Source: Roseicyclus sp.
GTDB taxonomy: Bacteria; Pseudomonadota; Alphaproteobacteria; Rhodobacterales; Rhodobacteraceae
Assembly (NCBI GenBank): GCA_016763475.1
Contig: JAESTV010000085.1
Span: 1 to 51,410, forward strand
Length of the DNA: 51,410 bases
Direction of reading: 5' to 3'
Positions 48,003 to 51,410 of this stretch are shown one piece after another. Position 1 is the first letter of the stretch. Each line of letters opens with the position of its first letter. A program made the position numbers and the translations under genes. The notes under the pieces are model-generated. The model was not told where the DNA came from. It made no database searches and saw only the letters and a list, made by a program, of their open reading frames with translations.

Positions 48003-48941
48003 ATGCTAGAGATCTTCTTGAAGACGCTGCCTTTCTTTGCCCTTATAATGTTAGGGTTTCAGGCCTGCCGCACCGGCTTTTTCACGTCTGAGGCGGCGGC
48101 CTACCTCACCAAATTTGTCTTCTACTTCGCCTTGTCGGCGATGCTGTTTCGCTTCGCTGCGAATCTATCTCTGGCGGAGGTTTTCGACTGGCAGTTTGTG
48201 GGCGCGTATCTGACCGGGTGTTTTGCCGTCTACATCCTTGCCACCGCGGTGGCGATAATCCGCAAGCGCCCGGTGACAGAGGCCGCGTTTGAGGCGCAAT
48301 GCGCCGTGATCGGCAACGTTGGCTTCCTTGGCGTGCCAATGCTGATTGTGCTGCTGGGTGAAGCCGCCGCAGGCCCCGTCCTGCTGGTGCTTTCGATAGA
48401 CCTGATTGTGTTCTCCAGCCTCATCGTGATCCTTGTCACCGGAAGCCGTGACGGGCGGATGTCATTCGGCGTGTTGCGCACCGTAGGCATCGGGTTGCTG
48501 AAAAACCCGATGATCGTGTCGATCACCCTTGGCATTTTATGGTCCACAACCGGGTTGGCGGTTCCCGGCCCGATCAACGAGTTTCTCGCGATCCTCGGCG
48601 CCGCCGCCACCCCCGGCGCGTTGTTTGCGATTGGTGCGTCGTTGGCGGGCAAATCAGCCGAACGGATGTCGGTCGCGGGGTGGCTCACCTTCTGCAAACT
48701 GGTCCTGCACCCCGCCGCCGTGGCTGTGGCCGCGCTGTTCATCTTCGACGTGCCAAACTACGACGCTGCGGTGATGATCGCCGCCGCGTCACTTCCCGTG
48801 GCTGGCAATGTCTACATTCTTGCGCAGCATTATGGCGTTGCACCGCAACGTGTCTCTGCCGCGATCCTGCTCTCGACCGCCATGTCGATCCTGACAGTCT
48901 CAGCCGTGATTGCATGGCTCGCGCCGCTTTCTGGCACCTAA
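48003..48941 (+). CDS. AEC (auxin efflux carrier) family transporter
   Basis: About 10 TM segments; GNVGFLGVP, LLKNPMI, PGALFAIG and KLVLHP. Confidence 0.88.
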   Translation: MLEIFLKTLPFFALIMLGFQACRTGFFTSEAAAYLTKFVFYFALSAMLFRFAANLSLAEVFDWQFVGAYLTGCFAVYILATAVAIIRKRPVTEAAFEAQCAVIGNVGFLGVPMLIVLLGEAAAGPVLLVLSIDLIVFSSLIVILVTGSRDGRMSFGVLRTVGIGLLKNPMIVSITLGILWSTTGLAVPGPINEFLAILGAAATPGALFAIGASLAGKSAERMSVAGWLTFCKLVLHPAAVAVAALFIFDVPNYDAAVMIAAASLPVAGNVYILAQHYGVAPQRVSAAILLSTAMSILTVSAVIAWLAPLSGT

Positions 48942-49001
48942 GGATTGCGCCTACGCCCGACCCCGCGTTAGGCAAGACAAACGAATTGGGGAGCACAAGC
49001 C

Positions 49002-49835
49002 ATGGAAACCATTTCCGAGAACAAGGCCTTCGGCGGCACGCAGGGTGTCTACAAGCACACCTCCGCCGCAACGGGGGGTGATATGACCTTTGGGCTGTTC
49101 CTGCCCGGCGACGCGGCGGACGGCCCGGTGCCGGTGTTGTGGTATCTGTCAGGCCTGACCTGCACCCACGAAAACGCGATGAACAAAGCCGGAGCGCAGG
49201 GTTGGGCGGCAGAGCAAGGCATCGCCGTGATTTTCCCCGATACCTCGCCACGGGGCGAAGGGGTGGCTGATGACCCGGCTTATGACCTCGGCCAAGGGGC
49301 AGGTTTCTATGTGAACGCCACGCAAGACCCCTGGGCCCCGCATTTCAACATGTGGGATTATGTGGTCGAAGATCTGCCGGCTCTGGTGTTCAAACACTTC
49401 GCACTGGACCGCGACCGGCAGTCGATCACCGGCCATTCCATGGGCGGCCACGGGGCGCTGACAATTGCGATGCGCCACCCGGATCGGTTCGCCAGCGTCT
49501 CGGCCTTCGCGCCGATCTGCCACCCAACGGACAGCGACTGGGGCCGCAAACAGCTGACCGCTTATCTGGGTACAAATGAAGAGGCCTGGGCGCCTCACGA
49601 TTCGACGCTGCTGATGCACGCCGCAGGGTTTGACGGGCCGGTCCTGATCGACACCGGCACCAAAGACCAGTTCGGCGATCTGTTGAAGACCGAGGCGCTG
49701 GCCCACGCGGCCACCGCCCGCCGTCAGGACATGCAACTGCGGATGCAGCCGGGGTACGACCATTCCTACTTCTTTGTGTCCAGCTTCATGGAAGACCACG
49801 TCAGCTTCCACGCTGAAGCGCTTTATTCCATCTGA
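49002..49835 (+). CDS. fghA: S-formylglutathione hydrolase
   Basis: LSGLTC, PDTSPRG, GAGFY, GHSMGGHGA and GYDHSY. Confidence 0.95.
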   Translation: METISENKAFGGTQGVYKHTSAATGGDMTFGLFLPGDAADGPVPVLWYLSGLTCTHENAMNKAGAQGWAAEQGIAVIFPDTSPRGEGVADDPAYDLGQGAGFYVNATQDPWAPHFNMWDYVVEDLPALVFKHFALDRDRQSITGHSMGGHGALTIAMRHPDRFASVSAFAPICHPTDSDWGRKQLTAYLGTNEEAWAPHDSTLLMHAAGFDGPVLIDTGTKDQFGDLLKTEALAHAATARRQDMQLRMQPGYDHSYFFVSSFMEDHVSFHAEALYSI

Positions 49836-50458
49836 TGTCGATTAACGCCGTCATTTTCGACATCGGCAATGTGCTGATCGAGTGGCAACCCGAGCGTCAC
49901 TATGACCGCGCGATTGGCGAGGAACGGCGGCGCGACATGTTCGCCGCCGTGGACCTGCACGCCATGAATGACCGGGTGGATCGGGGTGAGAATTTTCGTG
50001 ACATGGTGGTGGAAACCGCCAATGCCAACCCCAGGTTCCACGCCGAGATCATGCTTTGGCACGACAATTGGCTGCATATGGCCGCCCCCGCGATCCCACA
50101 TTCTGCGAAGCTGCTGCGCGCCCTGCGCTCGGCTGATATCCCGGTCTTTGCGTTATCCAATTTCGGGGTGGAAACCTTTGAGATCGCATTGAAAGTATAC
50201 CCGGTCCTGAGTGAATTCGACCGCTCTTACATCTCGGGGCACATGGGCGTTACCAAACCCGATGCGCAGATCTATGCGATGGTAGAGGCGGATTGCGGCC
50301 TGGCCCCCGAAACCCTGCTGTTTGCCGACGACCGCGCAGATAACATCGCGGCAGCAATGGCGCGTGGCTGGCAGACCCATCTGTTTGACGGGCCAATTGG
50401 GTGGGCTCAACGCCTTGTCACTGATGGATTGCTCAACGAAGAGGACGCAGGCCCATGA
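49835..50458 (+). CDS. HAD-family phosphatase
   Basis: FDIGNVL, LSN, KPD and DDRADN motifs. Confidence 0.88.
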   Translation: MSINAVIFDIGNVLIEWQPERHYDRAIGEERRRDMFAAVDLHAMNDRVDRGENFRDMVVETANANPRFHAEIMLWHDNWLHMAAPAIPHSAKLLRALRSADIPVFALSNFGVETFEIALKVYPVLSEFDRSYISGHMGVTKPDAQIYAMVEADCGLAPETLLFADDRADNIAAAMARGWQTHLFDGPIGWAQRLVTDGLLNEEDAGP

Positions 50459-51363
50459 CCCAAATAATCGGACCAGAGGCAGAGGCCAAACTCGACTGGA
50501 TCGCGCTGAGTGACGCAATTGAGGCCGGGCACAAGTTACCGCGTGCCGAGATCGGCGATACCTTCCTTTACCGTGGTGATGACACGTTGCTTAGCCGGTC
50601 TGCATGGATCGACGGGTTGGGGCAGCTGACGAAGACAGCCACAATCTTTCCCGGCAACAAAGCCCTTGGCCAACCCGCGATAAACGGCGGCGTGTGCCTG
50701 TTCTCGGACCGGGACGGCACCCTTGAGGCGATCATTGATTTCCACTTGCTGACCAAGTGGAAGACGGCGGGTGACAGCCTTCTGGCGGCCCGTAAGCTGG
50801 CGCGGCGTGATAGTCGCAAGATTTTGTTGGTTGGTGCAGGCAATGTCACCCGATCCCTTCGGGAGGCTTACGCAGCCGCCTTTCCCGATGCGACGTTCAC
50901 GATCTGGAACCGCAGCCTGGCCAAAGGGGCGGCGCTGGCGGCTGAATACCCCGGCATGGCTGTCGCCCGTGATCTGGAGGCTGCGGTGGCTGAGGCCGAT
51001 ATAATCGGCACTGGTACAATGACAACGGATCCTGTTTTGCGCGGCAAATGGCTACAACCTGGCCAACACCTTGACCTGATCGGCGCATACCGGCCTGACA
51101 TGCGGGAAGTTGACGATGATGCGCTCCGCCGCTCGCGGGTGTTTGTGGACTGTCGCGCCACAACACTTGGGCATATTGGTGAGCTGAAAATCCCGCTGGA
51201 GGCGGGTGTGTTTTTTGAGTCGGACGTGGTGGGGGACTACTATGACATGGATCTGCTGACCCGCACCTCAGACCACGAGATTACGCTGTGTAAGAATGGC
51301 GGCGGTGCGCACCTGGATCTGATGGTGGCGCGTTACATTCTGGATGCGGTGCGGGCTGGCTGA
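50455..51363 (+). CDS. Ornithine cyclodeaminase / mu-crystallin family protein
   Basis: LTKWKTAGDS, VGAG, HLDLIGAY and KNGGGAHLDL. Confidence 0.88.
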   Translation: MTQIIGPEAEAKLDWIALSDAIEAGHKLPRAEIGDTFLYRGDDTLLSRSAWIDGLGQLTKTATIFPGNKALGQPAINGGVCLFSDRDGTLEAIIDFHLLTKWKTAGDSLLAARKLARRDSRKILLVGAGNVTRSLREAYAAAFPDATFTIWNRSLAKGAALAAEYPGMAVARDLEAAVAEADIIGTGTMTTDPVLRGKWLQPGQHLDLIGAYRPDMREVDDDALRRSRVFVDCRATTLGHIGELKIPLEAGVFFESDVVGDYYDMDLLTRTSDHEITLCKNGGGAHLDLMVARYILDAVRAG

Positions 51364-51410
51364 CCGGTATTTCGCCCGCTGGCGCGGTCGACCAATGCGA
51401 GGGGCGCTGC

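Overview
A GC-rich alphaproteobacterial chromosomal window. Gene content and order suggest Rhodobacteraceae/Roseobacter group; this is inferred, not searched. It holds: (1) catabolic genes at 1-15 kb (acetate-CoA ligase, acyl-CoA dehydrogenase, GlxA regulator, TPP decarboxylase, peptide-type ABC transporter, hydantoinase/oxoprolinase A/B, LysR); (2) a DUF4153-creB-creC-like operon transcribed divergently from a three-gene curli-like amyloid cluster (curlin, csgH, curlin) with no csgE/F/G in the window; (3) a variable NAD-salvage region (trhO, pncA, a frameshifted LysE gene, an RNA methyltransferase, pncB) followed by an AT-richer darT-darG toxin-antitoxin pair; (4) arfB, yhhQ, an aminotransferase, sseA, smpB, dapA and slt; (5) the rimP-nusA-ylxR-infB operon; (6) formaldehyde detoxification genes (frmA, fghA) with interspersed accessory genes. 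The most interesting unannotated signals are: an apparent ~190-nt transcription unit between yhhQ and arfB with 15 nt of perfect complementarity to the 16S rRNA 3' end, an 18-codon ORF and an internal anti-SD; a preQ1-I-like pseudoknot in the yhhQ leader; the curli module with paired cysteines and no local secretion genes; and a repeat-derived 93-codon ORF coupled to both neighbours. All family assignments come from motif recognition only; no database searches were run.
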